In this document: in pieces, positions 51,322 through 62,821 of the stretch
Numbering within the stretch: position 1 is the stretch's first letter
Layout of the letters: every line of letters begins with the position of its first letter
The notes under the pieces: generated by a model
What the model was told of the DNA's origin: nothing
The model's input: the letters and a program-made list of their open reading frames with translations, nothing else
Database searches by the model: none
Made by a program: the position numbers and the translations under genes
Source: a virus
Taxonomy: Duplodnaviria; Heunggongvirae; Uroviricota; Caudoviricetes
Length of the DNA: 64,000 bases
Reading direction: 5' to 3' (one strand)
Virus record (IMG/VR): IMGVR_UViG_3300029969_000011

Positions 51322-51683
51322 CTTCTTCCTCCTCCTTCTTTCCTATCACCCTTTCCCAAATCTTCTTTAGGGAATCAAAGCCATTCATACTAATGAACGC
51401 AATAATAAAACCATTAAGAACACTTGCCGCGATAGTAGCAAAACTAATAACAACGCCAGGTGCAAGGAATGGAATTATAACAGCAATGATTAGAGCAATA
51501 ATTAATGTTAATATCTAAGTAGGGAATTTCTTAGGTACTACATTTTTCATAACTTCAACTATAATCATAGTCAAAAATGCCATAGCACTTATTGAGCCTA
51601 AAGTTCCTAAACCTAAAGCTGCAAAAATACTCTCCATTGTTATCCCTCCTTTAAATTAAGGGGAGGTTTAACTCTCCCCTTTA

Positions 51684-52919
51684 TTATTTCTTAACAATTT
51701 TCATTTGAAGTTTATCAATCTTTCTACCATAGATACCTGCATAATCCTAAGTTCCAATTACCCAAGGTAAATAAGGACCGCCAACAGTAGATACTCTATA
51801 CTGAACTTCATATCCATTGACGCCAGTGAGATATGCCTGAACTCCGTCAATCATATAAGCAGGAAGTCCTGCATAACCATTATACCAGTCATTAGCATTA
51901 TACTTAGTTATCCAACCAAGCCAGCCGCCACCAATAATGTGAACACGATAATGGAGAACTCCTTCTGAAGCTTTCGCCATTAAACATCTTATTGGAGCAT
52001 AATTAATACCAGCATATCCCATATCATTTGAATCATTACAATTCTTTATTTCTCCAAGCCAAGAATTTGTACGGACTTTATAAATTACATCAATCTACTT
52101 CTTAGCTGGTGCAGCAGGAGTTGCTGGTTTAGCCGGAGTTGTTGGAGTAGGAGCTGGAGTAGCTGTTGGATATACAGCTTCACCTTTACTATTATAAATA
52201 GTATAACCTTCCTTCCAAGCTTTTTTAGCATTATCAAGAGAAGTATAAGCTCCAATCTAAGACTTAGTATCTGCCCAACTCTTACGAATACGGTACATTT
52301 CAGATGTTGATGGAGTTGTGCCGCCCTTCAACTTATTCAACTCTGCTATACAATTAGCTTTAAAAGTTGCCCAGTGAGGGAGGATATAAATTGGACACCA
52401 CTTGTATGGGTGCTTGCGAGTATTAAGATAATCGTTGCTTCCAGTAACACCATCACGAACATTAAGCCAATGAGTATGAGTGAAAAGATTATCTTCAACA
52501 TTGAGATTATATTTGTTAAGTAAATAAGCTACTAACTTCGCACAGTTAGCTTCTGCCTTTGCAGAATTTCCGATTACTTCTATAGCAATAGTTTTTCTAT
52601 TACCATTACCGCCGCCGTCAGCTGCGTGCCAACCACTTAAAGTAAGAGGGAGGCCCTACCAAGCACAATAATCATCAACGTAGAAATGAACTCTTACGTC
52701 ATTCATATTGCCGTTAACTGTTGCACGAGTATACTACTCTGCAGGAGTAGTATTTGAAGCTACTGAAATAGCCTCAGTATTATGAACAGTAACGCCCAAC
52801 GGAACAGCAGGAAGATTATAACCCGGCATATCAATACCATAAGGATTATGGTTTGTTAAAAGATATTCATAGACCTTTAACCCATTCCAAGTAAAGGTTT
52901 TATCCGGTGTAAGTGGCAT
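51684..52919 (-). CDS. endolysin: N-acetylmuramoyl-L-alanine amidase (Amidase_2/PGRP) + PT-rich linker + C-terminal cell-wall-binding domain, with in-frame TAGs
   Basis: ATG 52919 with GGAGG RBS; VHFYVDDYCAW-TAG-GLPLTLSGWHAADGGGNGNRKTIAIEVIG...THTHWLN...KWCP = Amidase_2 motifs; PTATPAPTPTTPAKPATPAAPAKK linker; frame-2 ORFs 52734..52919 and 51747..52022 joined; ends TAA 51684. Confidence 0.6.
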
Positions 52920-53080
52920 TATATCAACCTCCTTTATAGGAATAATCCTATTATTTCCTCTTATAAGTAGAAAAAGTCACAAGGACTTATAATAAATCCC
53001 TGTGACCTCTCTGTATATATAACTATTAATTGCAAAGCGGTTGAAGGGGCGCCGCCTGAGCCAGAGCAATTATATAGTTT

Positions 53081-55717
53081 TTAATAAGTTCTGAACTGTA
53101 GCTTATAAATTGAAGGTGTTGCATTATTTTGGCTTGAAGATGTTTCAATACCAACGAGATACTTACCAGAGTTTGGAAGTTCTCCGAGCATTATACCCTC
53201 AATATCATTTTGACTTGCTGTTCCATTATGAACAAAAGACATTGTGTATACTCCATTCTCTGCACCATTCATATGGTCGAGGAGCATTGAAATATACTAA
53301 GCGGTTGTTTTATTCTAATCATATGGGATAAGATGAACTTTAACTTCTGTACTTGTCCAGTCTCCTTCTGAAAGAGCACAGGTTGAAATAACACGGTCTG
53401 AAGCAAAGTCAAGAACACGATTAATGAACATTGCTTTTACAGGAGTTAAAAAGTTCTAATTGTTATCTCTTGCTTGCGGCTGGAAATTAAGACCAGAATG
53501 GAAACCAGTCGCACCATTGATAAGGCACATCTTACCATTATTAGTAGTGTCTAAAATTATCCACTCGTAAGAATCAACGTAGACATTATCCCAATAATAC
53601 TGAATAACATGAAAGTCATTGTTTGGGTCAATAACATAAGTATATTGACCCAAAGTATCAAGCATTTCCTATACGGTTAAATCTCCTGACATAAGTGTCT
53701 CAGGGATTTGAGAAATGACTTTAATCTGAGCACCGCCCTGCGGCATATGTAAAATTCCACTCATTTAAATCACTCCTTAATAATATGTAATTTCAAGCAT
53801 TATATCTCTATTACCTGTAATTACATCTTCTACTCTTACGCAACTATTCCATTCATTATCGTAATGAAGAGTAAAGTTTGGAGCACCTTCTGGACCAGAT
53901 GTAGTATCTGTAATTGAAGTTTTATTTGTAGTACCATTACTAATCTATAACCAGAAATAACCTGTTTTAATAACAAGACCAGGGCTATTACGACTAATTA
54001 CAGTATAACGAATTAACATATAATTTTTAGTAGTATCTACAACAACATCTACTTTGTCATGACCACAAATAGTAATAACTTTTCCATCATTACCTGCTCT
54101 TGCAAAAGTTGCGCCAACAACACTTGCATCGGTAATCATTGGTCGATAAACTCTATCTATCGCACCAGCATCATGAGTAACTGAAAATACTAAATTTAAA
54201 TTAGTCGGTCCAGTAAGGGTAAATGTTGTTTCACCATTATAGTTATCACAAATCTTTGTGCCGCTGTCTCGGTTATAAAGATTTAAAGCATATGTGGTAC
54301 TTGAACCACCAGTACATCCTGATAATTTGTAAGTTCCTGCTGGTAAAGCTTCTTTAATTTCAATTGATGCGCTACCAGAAGAACCATACTATTGACCATT
54401 TGTTACAACGTAGACGCTTCCATCCTAACGTTTATAAACAGTATATCCAGTTGCTTCAGTAACAGTACCTAATGTAATCAAGTTAGAAGAAATATCTGCA
54501 TTATCACATTTACTCTGTAGCGCCGCAACATCTGCTGCACTTGCTTTATTATTAAGAGCTGCTGTAATAACCTTATTCTGAACAGGATTTTCAGAAGCTA
54601 AACTTAAAGTATCATCAACTGTAATTACAGGAGTTACAGAAGTATATGAACCTTCAACTACAAGTAACATAGGAATATCAACTGAAGGCTGTTCACCATA
54701 TGCCTTAAATACGATTGAACCATTATTGATTGCCTGAATAATCATTTTAGCACCAAGCAAACCATTAAGCTGGTTCTCAGTAATTCCTGCCGCCGGACCA
54801 ACATCAATAAAGTTTGTTGTATTGATTGCCGCATTGCTATATGTATAATTATATGAACCGTCCTGCTGCTGTACCCAGTTAGCTGCTGAAAGTACGAAGC
54901 TATACTGCTCACTTCTGATTGTTACATCACCCGCATCAACATCTGCGCCCTCACTAAATAAAACAATTAAATGTTTATTGGCGTTAATTGTTGTACCAGT
55001 AATACTAATACCATCAGCACCAGGAGCACCGTCATCACCGTCTGTACCTGCAGGACCAGTCTGACCGTCAGCACCATTAGTTACTGTGAATGTTGATGTC
55101 GTGTTATTACTATAAGTAATAGTGTATGTATCTACAAGGCCAGTTGTATCAGTCTTTGTAACAGAAGTAATACCTCTACCGGCAGGACCTGTTGCACCAG
55201 TTGCACCATTAGTACCATTTATACCGTTTGTAACTGTAAATGTTGAACTTGAGCCTGATGTGTATGTGATAGTATATGTATCAACATTATCAACTGTAGC
55301 TGTTTTTGAAATAGAAGCAATACCTCTACCAGCAGGACCTGTTGCACCAGTTGCACCAATAAGTGAAGCTAAGAAATCTGCTTCTGAACCTTCATTACCT
55401 GCATCAAGCCAAATTTCATATGCAGAAGCACCGTCTTCTCCATCCTGACCATCTGTACCATCTTGTCCATTAGTACCGTCAGTACCATTAGTACCATCAG
55501 CACCATTAGTAACTGTGAATGTATCTGAGTTACCATTTGTATATGTAATTGTATATGTATCAACAAGACCAGAAGTACTGCTCTTTGTAATTGATGAAAT
55601 ACCATTACCGGCAGGACCTTGTAAGTTACCTGCATCAATAAATCCATTTACTGCCGCGGGGTCAGAACTGTTGGTGTAAACCCAAAGATGTCCGTTAATT
55701 ACATAACAATCACCCAT
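53081..55717 (-). CDS. collagen-like / β-repeat tail fibre (C-terminal portion), with in-frame TAGs
   Basis: Frame-1 ORFs 54425..55717 (GTDGTNGQDGTDGQDGEDG collagen-like tract; repeated [SG]xVDTYTIxYTNG...TFTVTNG modules), 53945..54139, 53456..53665, 53081..53287; 54140-54424 checked open except TAG; ends TAA 53081. Confidence 0.45.
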
Positions 55718-55762
55718 CTGCTGACCGCTTGAAGGAAGATTACTTGAACTTGAAAGCTCTCC

Positions 55763-56419
55763 CTTAATGATAACTGATGTACCATCTGCGCCCTTTACAA
55801 CACCTGCATCAAGTGATTGGTTATTGCTAAGAGTGATGATAAGGTGTCCAGAAGCATTAACTGTTGCTCCAGTAATTGAAACACCATCAGTACCGTTTGT
55901 ACCATTAATACCATTAGTACCATTAGTACCGTTTGTTACAGTAAATGTTGTTGTGTTTGTATCGGTAAATGTAATTGTATAGGTATCTACATTACCTGAT
56001 GTACTTGTCTTTTCGATTGAAGCGATACCTACGCCATTTGTTCCATTAGTACCATTTGTTCCGTTTGTACCATTGGTACCATTTGTAACAGTGAAAGTAG
56101 CGTGTCCACCATTTGTATAGTTAATGGTGTATGTATCAACATTACCCTCTGAAACAGGACCAGTAATAGAAGAAATACCATTACCAGTTGCACCCGTTGC
56201 ACCAGTCTGACCAGTAGAACCTTTAGAACCATTGGTTACTTCATAAGTTGAGGGAGAACCGGTTGTATAGTTTATTTGGTATGTATCAGTTGCACCTTCA
56301 ATACCTGGCTAATCGCCGCCTGTACTTGAAAGCCAAACTATAGATTCAATACCTTTTCCGTCTTTACCAGCTGGACCTTGGCCGCCACCGCCACCATTAA
56401 CGAAAGGATTAAAACTCAT
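55763..56419 (-). CDS. collagen-like repeat fibre protein (N-terminal portion or separate paralog)
   Basis: ATG 56417-56419 with GGGAGGTGAG RBS; MSFNPFVNGGGGGQGPAGKDGKG...(NGT)n with the same VDTYTI.YTNG...TFTVTNG repeats; one TAG; in-frame TAA at 55763-55765. Confidence 0.4.
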
Positions 56420-56435
56420 TTATCTCACCTCCCAT

Positions 56436-56718
56436 TAATATATGAACCATATTTTTTTAGTACATCCTGTTTTAAAAGTGACTGAATGTATCATCATATG
56501 GTTTGCTCCATCATAAGGGGTAATGAATTGTCCAGTAGATGGAACAATATTTGGAACGCCGTTAATTGTCAACTCTTCTCCGGCTGACTCTTCGAAGGCA
56601 ATAAACTGAATTTTGCACTATTGACCTGGAGGAACAGTTCCAGTCAATTCCTTAAAAAGTAAAGGAACAATATTCTCGTCTGCCTAAGCAGTAATTTCAA
56701 CACAAGCATACTGTGCCA
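56436..56718 (-). CDS. hypothetical protein with two in-frame TAGs
   Basis: ATG 56716-56718 overlapping the upstream TAA (TAATG), GGAGGGG RBS; MAQYACVEITA-TAG-ADENIVPLLFKELTGTVPPGQ-TAG-CKIQF... Confidence 0.35.
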
Positions 56719-56967
56719 TTAGATTTCCCCTCCTAATTCGTTAAAAATTTCTTTTATTTTATCTAAATCATTCTCATCATCAAATACAACAGTTATTACA
56801 TCTCCCATTTTATACTAAGCACTTAATATGCCAATGAGAGATTTACCGTTAATAACTCTTTCACCAGACTGAATATGTATTGATGAATGAAGTTGACTTA
56901 AATCCCAGTTTAACATAGTAGCTGTTCTTGCTACAATATCTCTATTTAATTTATATTGAAGTTTCAT
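56719..56967 (-). CDS. HPr/Crh-like phosphocarrier-fold protein with one in-frame TAG
   Basis: ATG 56965-56967 with AAAGGAGGAA RBS; ...LNRDIVARTATML...IHIQSGERVINGKSLIGILSA-TAG-YKMGDVITVVFDDENDLDKIKEIFNELGG aligns to HPr (GLHARPA...KGKSVNLKSIMGVMSLG...ITI.AeG.De..A); His15 replaced, Ser46 retained. Confidence 0.4.
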
Positions 56968-57046
56968 TCTCAATTCCTCCTTTAATATAATAACATTCTG
57001 TACAACAATAGTCAACATTTCGATTACAATAGCAATTAAATTGTTG

Positions 57047-57075
57047 ACTTTTTACCTCAATTATGTTATACTTAG
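57047..57075 (+). promoter_or_regulatory. σ70-like promoter for plus-strand operon (TTGACT-17-TATACT)
   Basis: ttgactttttacctcaattatgttatact in divergent intergenic region. Confidence 0.5.
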
Positions 57076-57102
57076 ATGAAAATAAAAAATGAGGTGAAGA
57101 AA

Positions 57103-58044
57103 ATGAATGTAATCACAAAAGCTTTGCTCGAAGCAAAACTTGAACATCATAATCTTAACTTGTTCTATCCTATCGGCTATGGAAATGAAGCCGAAACAAA
57201 TATGAGAATAGAACAAAAAATAAGCGAGTTCCTTAACCGATATGGCAAATATGCAGAAACTCATACATTTGTTTTAGAATATCACGACGATATCATAAGT
57301 GCTATGTGTTACAGAATGTTAAAAGCTATATCTGCTATGTCTACACCTATTAATTTGGTCATATATGGCAAGCGCCGCAAGACCAAAGATATTGTGAGGG
57401 GAGTAAAGAGAATCGGCAATTACCGATTGAAGAAATTAATGAAGCAAGAAAAAGCTATCTATATTTCTCCCTTTAATCCTCTATATAAAGTAACTGACTC
57501 TAAGGACATCTTCAGAGATTTCCCTAATGTTACTTGGTATCCAATGAAAGAATTTACTCCGTATCAATTGAAGGCAATTAGATTATTTTATCATCTTGGA
57601 TATATTAAGAATGATATAATTGAAAATGATACTATTATAAATAATCTTCAGCATTGGTGTGAATGTAGCTATTCAATGGAAAATCACGCTTGGGAAAATA
57701 TGAGCTTCCACTTTAATGACAATATTATTGAACCTTATGAGAGAGACATAATAGTCCTTTTCTTGACTCCTTCTCTCGAAAAGAATACAATATTATTGAG
57801 GGAAGTTGAGAAAACAGATTCGATTGTGCTCTACAAGTTCCCTGACAATGTAAGTGATGAAATACACGATAAAATAATTGACCAGCTCAGACAATATTCT
57901 ATCTTTATTAAGAGTCATTCAAATGCTTACGGCTATTTAAATGACATTGATAAAGGAATTACTATTGAAGAATATCAAGAATTTTTCGGCAGTCATATAA
58001 CTATATTAAATGAAAATAGCATAAAGGAGGAAGAAAATGTTTGA
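57103..58044 (+). CDS. hypothetical protein
   Basis: ORF 57076..58044; preferred start ATG 57103 after GAGGTGA RBS. Confidence 0.45.
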   Translation: MNVITKALLEAKLEHHNLNLFYPIGYGNEAETNMRIEQKISEFLNRYGKYAETHTFVLEYHDDIISAMCYRMLKAISAMSTPINLVIYGKRRKTKDIVRGVKRIGNYRLKKLMKQEKAIYISPFNPLYKVTDSKDIFRDFPNVTWYPMKEFTPYQLKAIRLFYHLGYIKNDIIENDTIINNLQHWCECSYSMENHAWENMSFHFNDNIIEPYERDIIVLFLTPSLEKNTILLREVEKTDSIVLYKFPDNVSDEIHDKIIDQLRQYSIFIKSHSNAYGYLNDIDKGITIEEYQEFFGSHITILNENSIKEEENV

Positions 58045-58540
58045 TATAAAAATTTTTATAGTAAATGGATAGGGCGGCTCAGGTAAAACTACTTTTGAGA
58101 ATTTTGTAGCTTAGGCTTGTGAAGGCGATGTCGCCGCCGTCTCAATGATTGATTATACAAAGCAATGTGCCGCCAAGCTTGGTTGGAATGGAGCCAAAGA
58201 AGATAAGGACAGACGTTTTCTTAGTAATTTAAAAGATGCTCTTACAGCTTGGGATGACAGCCCATTCCTTACCACTTGTGCTATGGCTCATATGGCAATT
58301 AAAGAAGGTTGTGAAATTGTCTTTATCGACGCAAGGGAGCCTGATGATATTGACAGATTAAAGGAAGCATTTAGTTGCCTTACAGTCCTTGTAAAAAGAG
58401 GAGGTCAGAAAGACTATGGAAATCATGCTGATGATGACGTTTTTAATTATAATTATGACATCGTTATTGAGAATAATGGAACGCTCGATGAACTTCGTGC
58501 TTCGGCAGAAGAGTTCGTCAAAATGACGAAAGGAGAATAA
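58037..58540 (+). CDS. P-loop NTPase with two in-frame TAGs
   Basis: ATG 58037 after AAAGGAGGAAG RBS; MFDIKIFIVNG-TAG-GGSGKTTFENFVA-TAG-ACEG... is in frame with ORF 58145..58540; TAG-to-Q completes Walker A GQGGSGKT. Confidence 0.45.
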
Positions 58541-58541
58541 T

Positions 58542-59048
58542 ATGATATTAAATTATTACACTGATGGCGCCGCAACAATGAGAAAGGTCAACAATGAATA
58601 TGTCCGTGAAGCTGGCGGCTGGGGCGTTATTTGTCTTGATGAGGATATGAAAGAATATAATCGTCTCTCTGGCGGCGAGAAGGAAACCACAAACAATCGT
58701 ATGGAGTTAATGGCTATATGGAACGCCCTCAATCTTGCGGAATATGAGACTCGTTTTGAGAAAGGTCCATGCACAGTTAATATCTATTCTGACAGCGCTT
58801 ATTGCATAAATATCTTTACTCAATGGATAAAGGGTTGGATAGCAAGAGGTTGGAAGAAAGCAGATAAAAAGCCAATCGAAAATCTTATTCTTATTCAGCA
58901 GATATGGGACAAGATGAATCAAGTTGCAGGTGAAGGCTCATTTAATTCTGTTAATTTTATTAAGGTAAAAGGACACGATGACGTTTACTGGAATAATGAA
59001 GCAGATAAATTAGCTGTCGCCGCGAAGGAGGAGATAGCCAATGGGTAA
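58542..59048 (+). CDS. rnhA: ribonuclease HI
   Basis: 168 aa; YTDGA, TNNRMEL, YSDSAY, KGHDD, NNEADKLA = RNase H catalytic D-E-D-H-D motifs. Confidence 0.75.
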   Translation: MILNYYTDGAATMRKVNNEYVREAGGWGVICLDEDMKEYNRLSGGEKETTNNRMELMAIWNALNLAEYETRFEKGPCTVNIYSDSAYCINIFTQWIKGWIARGWKKADKKPIENLILIQQIWDKMNQVAGEGSFNSVNFIKVKGHDDVYWNNEADKLAVAAKEEIANG

Positions 59049-59337
59049 TATGTTTCATCCCGATTTATTACCAGAGTCAAGCGACCCAGAAGGTTCAAAA
59101 AGATATGAAGCTACAATCTTTGTTAATTACTTCCCTGCTGAAAAAGAGGGCGTAAAACATATTGATTTAATATCTACTAATAAATTATTTATTGTTCAAG
59201 CATACGGTCCTGACTTCAAAAAAATATCATCAAGTGTATTTGATGGTATCGTTCTCAAAGAAAAGAATGGTAGTTATTCTTGGTGGAGACATATAAAAGC
59301 AAAATATCGTTATCCAATAATTAAATATGAAGATTAA
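59041..59337 (+). CDS. hypothetical protein
   Basis: 98-aa ORF. Confidence 0.4.
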   Translation: MGNMFHPDLLPESSDPEGSKRYEATIFVNYFPAEKEGVKHIDLISTNKLFIVQAYGPDFKKISSSVFDGIVLKEKNGSYSWWRHIKAKYRYPIIKYED

Positions 59338-59395
59338 GTCAAGAGTAAAATCTTGACTTTTCTTTTTATTTGTGCTATAATTATAATATAAATGA
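59338..59395 (+). promoter_or_regulatory. fused intrinsic terminator + σ70 promoter cassette (plus-strand version)
   Basis: gtcaagag-taaaa-tcttgac + T-run; TTGACT (in hairpin 3' arm)-17 bp-TATAAT; AAAGGAG RBS before 59413. Confidence 0.55.
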
Positions 59396-59412
59396 GAAAG
59401 GAGTAAAGCTTA

Positions 59413-59718
59413 ATGAGCTGTATTAATTGTGAATATGCAAGAAGAGCAGAAAATAAAGAATATGTAGGTTGCTGCTTACTTGTAAAACTTTCTTATGCGC
59501 ATCCTGCGAGATTTGCTTATGAAGGCGACCAGTTATTTGACTTCTATGAAAAAGACAGTATATGTACTGGCTGGGTAAATTTAAGTTATAGACCAGATGA
59601 AACAGGTAAAGAAGGAATGATAACAAACTATATTCCTTGTTTTAAGAAAGATGACGTTTGTAAACATTTTAAAGAAAAAGGATATACAGGAGGATTATTA
59701 GATGAGTATGATTATTGA
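59413..59718 (+). CDS. Cys-rich hypothetical protein
   Basis: 101 aa; CINCEY...GCC. Confidence 0.4.
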   Translation: MSCINCEYARRAENKEYVGCCLLVKLSYAHPARFAYEGDQLFDFYEKDSICTGWVNLSYRPDETGKEGMITNYIPCFKKDDVCKHFKEKGYTGGLLDEYDY

Positions 59719-60832
59719 TGGTATCGACTTTGAAAATCTTGAGGCGGAGAAGTATTGGTCTTTCCCCAAGACATACAAGGGTGATAAGCAGGCGGACACC
59801 AAGAATATGATTATGTCTGGTAATTATATTGGTGCAGAGAAAAAGGACGGACATTATGCTCGTTTCATTAAGGATATGGACGGCAATATGAGACTTCAGG
59901 GAAGAAGCGAGAGCGTAAATGGCGGCTATCTTAATAAGATAGAATGGGTTCCTCAGTGTCAGGATTTCTTCAACAGCCTTCCTAACGGAACAGTTCTTCT
60001 TGGAGAACTTTATTTCCCTACACAGCGCGGTTCTCGTAAGGTTACTACAATTCTTGGTTGTTTAAAGGATAAAGCTCTTGAACGTCAGGAGAAGGGCGAA
60101 AAGCTTCATTACTACGTTTTTGATATATGGGCATATAATGGTAAGTCTCTTCTTGATACTCCATTCCAGACAAGAATTGAGCAGTATCTTGATTATGAAA
60201 TACTTGACCTTTTTAAGGGCGAAGATTATGTAGAAGATGCTTGCTACTATGAAGGACAGGAGCTCTGGGATAACCTCGGTAAGATTCTCAATGAAGGCGG
60301 CGAGGGAGTAGTAATTACTCAGAAAACTGCTAAGGCGGCACCAGGTAAGCGTACTGCTCGTAAGACATTAAAGGTTAAAATGGAAATTGAGCAGACTATT
60401 GATGCTTTCCTTGACGGAAATTACAAGCAACCAACTCGTCTTTATAATGGTAAAGAAATAATGACTTGGCCCTATTGGGAGAACGAAAAGACTATGGAAA
60501 AGTCTAATATTAACCGTTACAAGGATTACAATGACGGACTTCCTTGGGTTCCTGTTACAAAGCCATATTACTATGGTTGGGCTTCTGCCGTATCAATTTC
60601 TGTTATGAAGGACGGTAAGCCATTCCATATTGGCTGGATAAGCGGTATTACAGATGAAATGAAGGAAGGTATTATCAAGACTCCTGATAAGTATATCGGT
60701 AACGTTTTTGAAATAACCTGTATGGAAGTTGAGAAAATCGACGGCAATTATTCACTTCGTCACGGAAAGTTCGTTGCGCCGCGCCCCGATAAAAATGCTA
60801 AGGATTGCACCTTCGACCAAATAGACTCTTAA
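59702..60832 (+). CDS. ATP-dependent DNA ligase
   Basis: 376 aa; motif I AEKKDGHYARF (KxDG), motif III LLGELYFP, motif IV EGGEGVVITQK, motif V LKVKME. Confidence 0.65.
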   Translation: MSMIIDGIDFENLEAEKYWSFPKTYKGDKQADTKNMIMSGNYIGAEKKDGHYARFIKDMDGNMRLQGRSESVNGGYLNKIEWVPQCQDFFNSLPNGTVLLGELYFPTQRGSRKVTTILGCLKDKALERQEKGEKLHYYVFDIWAYNGKSLLDTPFQTRIEQYLDYEILDLFKGEDYVEDACYYEGQELWDNLGKILNEGGEGVVITQKTAKAAPGKRTARKTLKVKMEIEQTIDAFLDGNYKQPTRLYNGKEIMTWPYWENEKTMEKSNINRYKDYNDGLPWVPVTKPYYYGWASAVSISVMKDGKPFHIGWISGITDEMKEGIIKTPDKYIGNVFEITCMEVEKIDGNYSLRHGKFVAPRPDKNAKDCTFDQIDS

Positions 60833-60919
60833 AAATCTATAAGAAGTTGAGTACGAAATCACTTAATCTTTAGAGGAGAGACTTTATGTCTCTCTATTTT
60901 TTTTAAGAGGTGAGTGGTT

Positions 60920-61765
60920 ATGAAAGAGTATTTTCTAACTCCGATAGAAATTAAGGAGCCTCCACGTCATACACAGATTCATCCTCGTTGTTATACTTGT
61001 AAGAAATTCCCTGTTTGTAATCTTAGAGAAGATTACTTAAAAACTGCATTACTTATGCAGAGAATACTTGGTGACCCATAGGACGATAGAGAATTGGGTT
61101 ACTACAATAGCTCTTGGGGCAGAGTGCCTGGATACAAGGGCTATAATTTTGAAAACCCAGGCGAATACTTCCCAGAGACTATTACAACAGAAAAGAATAC
61201 TGGTACTTTCAAAGAAGCTAAGTACCGCAACAAAGATATAGTTCAGTTCATTTATGATATTGAAGGTTACTTTGTTTTATTCAATGCTGTATATGATTAG
61301 GACGACGGAGTATTTGACTTCAGCGAAGGAAGGGAAATCTATTACGGATTAAAGTATACTCTTAGCGATGACTCTATGGTAGAGCTTGCCGTTGGTCTTG
61401 AATCTTGGCGTCTCGAAATGATAGCACACGAAGAGGATTCAAAAGATTTGGAGGTCATCAACACAACTTATTTCTCCGCAAAATTAGAATGTGATTTCTA
61501 TGAATGGGAGAAAGGTTTGACAGAAGAAGAAGGAATCAAGCGTATGATTGCTTTCTTCCCTAACGGTATTCCTTGTAAGGATGGTACTTATTACCATTTA
61601 GCTACTTTCCACATTGAACCACATAAGGTTCCTTGCTATCACCCAGAAAACGGAAAAGTTGCATTTGCTCCTATGCCTTATCCTGTATTTATTCCTCCAA
61701 GATGTAAAAAAGATTTACCTCGCCCACCAAGAAGAAGAGGCGACATTTGTGAATCAGATTTCTAA
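60920..61765 (+). CDS. hypothetical protein with two in-frame TAGs
   Basis: ATG 60920; ORFs 61094..61300 and 61376..61765 are in frame with it (offsets 174 and 456 nt), separated by TAG at about 61079 and about 61298. Confidence 0.4.
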
Positions 61766-61794
61766 AGGGGAACAAAAGTTAATTAACTTGTTCC

Positions 61795-62159
61795 GCCGCG
61801 GCGGGATACATTTTGAGCGAGAAGTGTCTTTTGAGGATTTACACGGAAAAGGACAAACGTTACTTCGTTTTGATTTTGCTTTATATCGTAATAATAAAAT
61901 ATGTTGTCTGGTAGAATATGACGGAATACAACATTTTCAATATACTCCACATTTCCATAAAAATCTTGCTGGTTTTAAGAAGTAGCAAGAATGGGATAGA
62001 AGAAAAAATAGTTATTGCTTAATGCATAAAATTCCTCTTATTCGAGTTCCATATTGGGATTTAGAAGATTTAACCCTAAAGAAGGTTTTATCTGACCCCT
62101 CTTATTAGGTTAAAAGCAAATATCATATAGATGATTTAAAACGACAAGGGGTGAGAAAA
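61795..62159 (+). CDS. Vsr/DUF559-like endonuclease-fold protein with two in-frame TAGs (start uncertain)
   Basis: Latter half of ORF 61614..61985 (GIHFEREVSF...LVEYDGIQHF) continues across TAG 61986 into ...KIPLIRVPYWDLEDL... to TGA about 62157. Confidence 0.3.
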
Positions 62160-62632
62160 TGAGCGAAGTATTAATAGCAGCTATTTTTGCTGGATTAGGT
62201 GGTTTAGTAGGCGCAGTCGGAAAAGTTATTGTTGATGTAATTCGAGCCAAGCACGAGCCTGATTAGGCAGACTTGGAATTAAAAGACGAACTACAGCGTG
62301 AAAAAGAAAAGAACGACACGGCAATCGCAACTTTCACAGACTTCGGGAAAGACATCAAGAAATGTGTGGAAGATATGAAAACGGAAATGAATTAGAAATT
62401 TGAGGATATGAATGAAAAGATTACTGATTACAGAGAAGAAACTCGTAATATAAATAAATCTGAATTAAGACATTCAATTACTCAAATTTATTATGAACGC
62501 AAAGATGCAAAAACCCTTGACCTCAGAACAAAAGATGACCTTTGTTCTTTATATGAAGCGTATAGTTCAATCGGTGGCAATTCATTTGCACACGAGCTGT
62601 ATGAAGAAATGATGAGTTGGGACGTCAAATAA
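62159..62632 (+). CDS. membrane-anchored coiled-coil protein with two in-frame TAGs
   Basis: ATG 62159 overlapping the upstream TGA; N-terminal TM VLIAAIFAGLGGLVGAVG; in frame (249 nt) with ORF 62408..62632. Confidence 0.4.
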
Positions 62633-62754
62633 TAAAAGAGTGGCCACGGCGCCACTCTTTTTTTATACTTTAACCTGATTTTGATAAAATCATTTCTAAT
62701 TTATTAGATGAACTTGTTGTCAATTTTACTTGTTATTACACTCCAAGTGAATAA

Positions 62755-62790
62755 TTTGACTTTTACAAATTTTTGGAGTATAATATTTAT
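62755..62790 (+). promoter_or_regulatory. σ70 consensus promoter (TTGACT-17-TATAAT)
   Basis: ttgacttttacaaatttttggagtataat upstream of nrdH-like gene. Confidence 0.5.
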
Positions 62791-62821
62791 AGAATAAATT
62801 AGAAAAGGAGTGAGTGCAAGT

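Noticed and set aside
55369-56232. ORFs 55369..55647(-), 55122..55448(+), 55767..55982(+), 56029..56232(-)
   Set aside because: Alternative frames of the Gly-X-Y collagen-like repeat DNA; Val/Leu/Met-rich nonsense translations.
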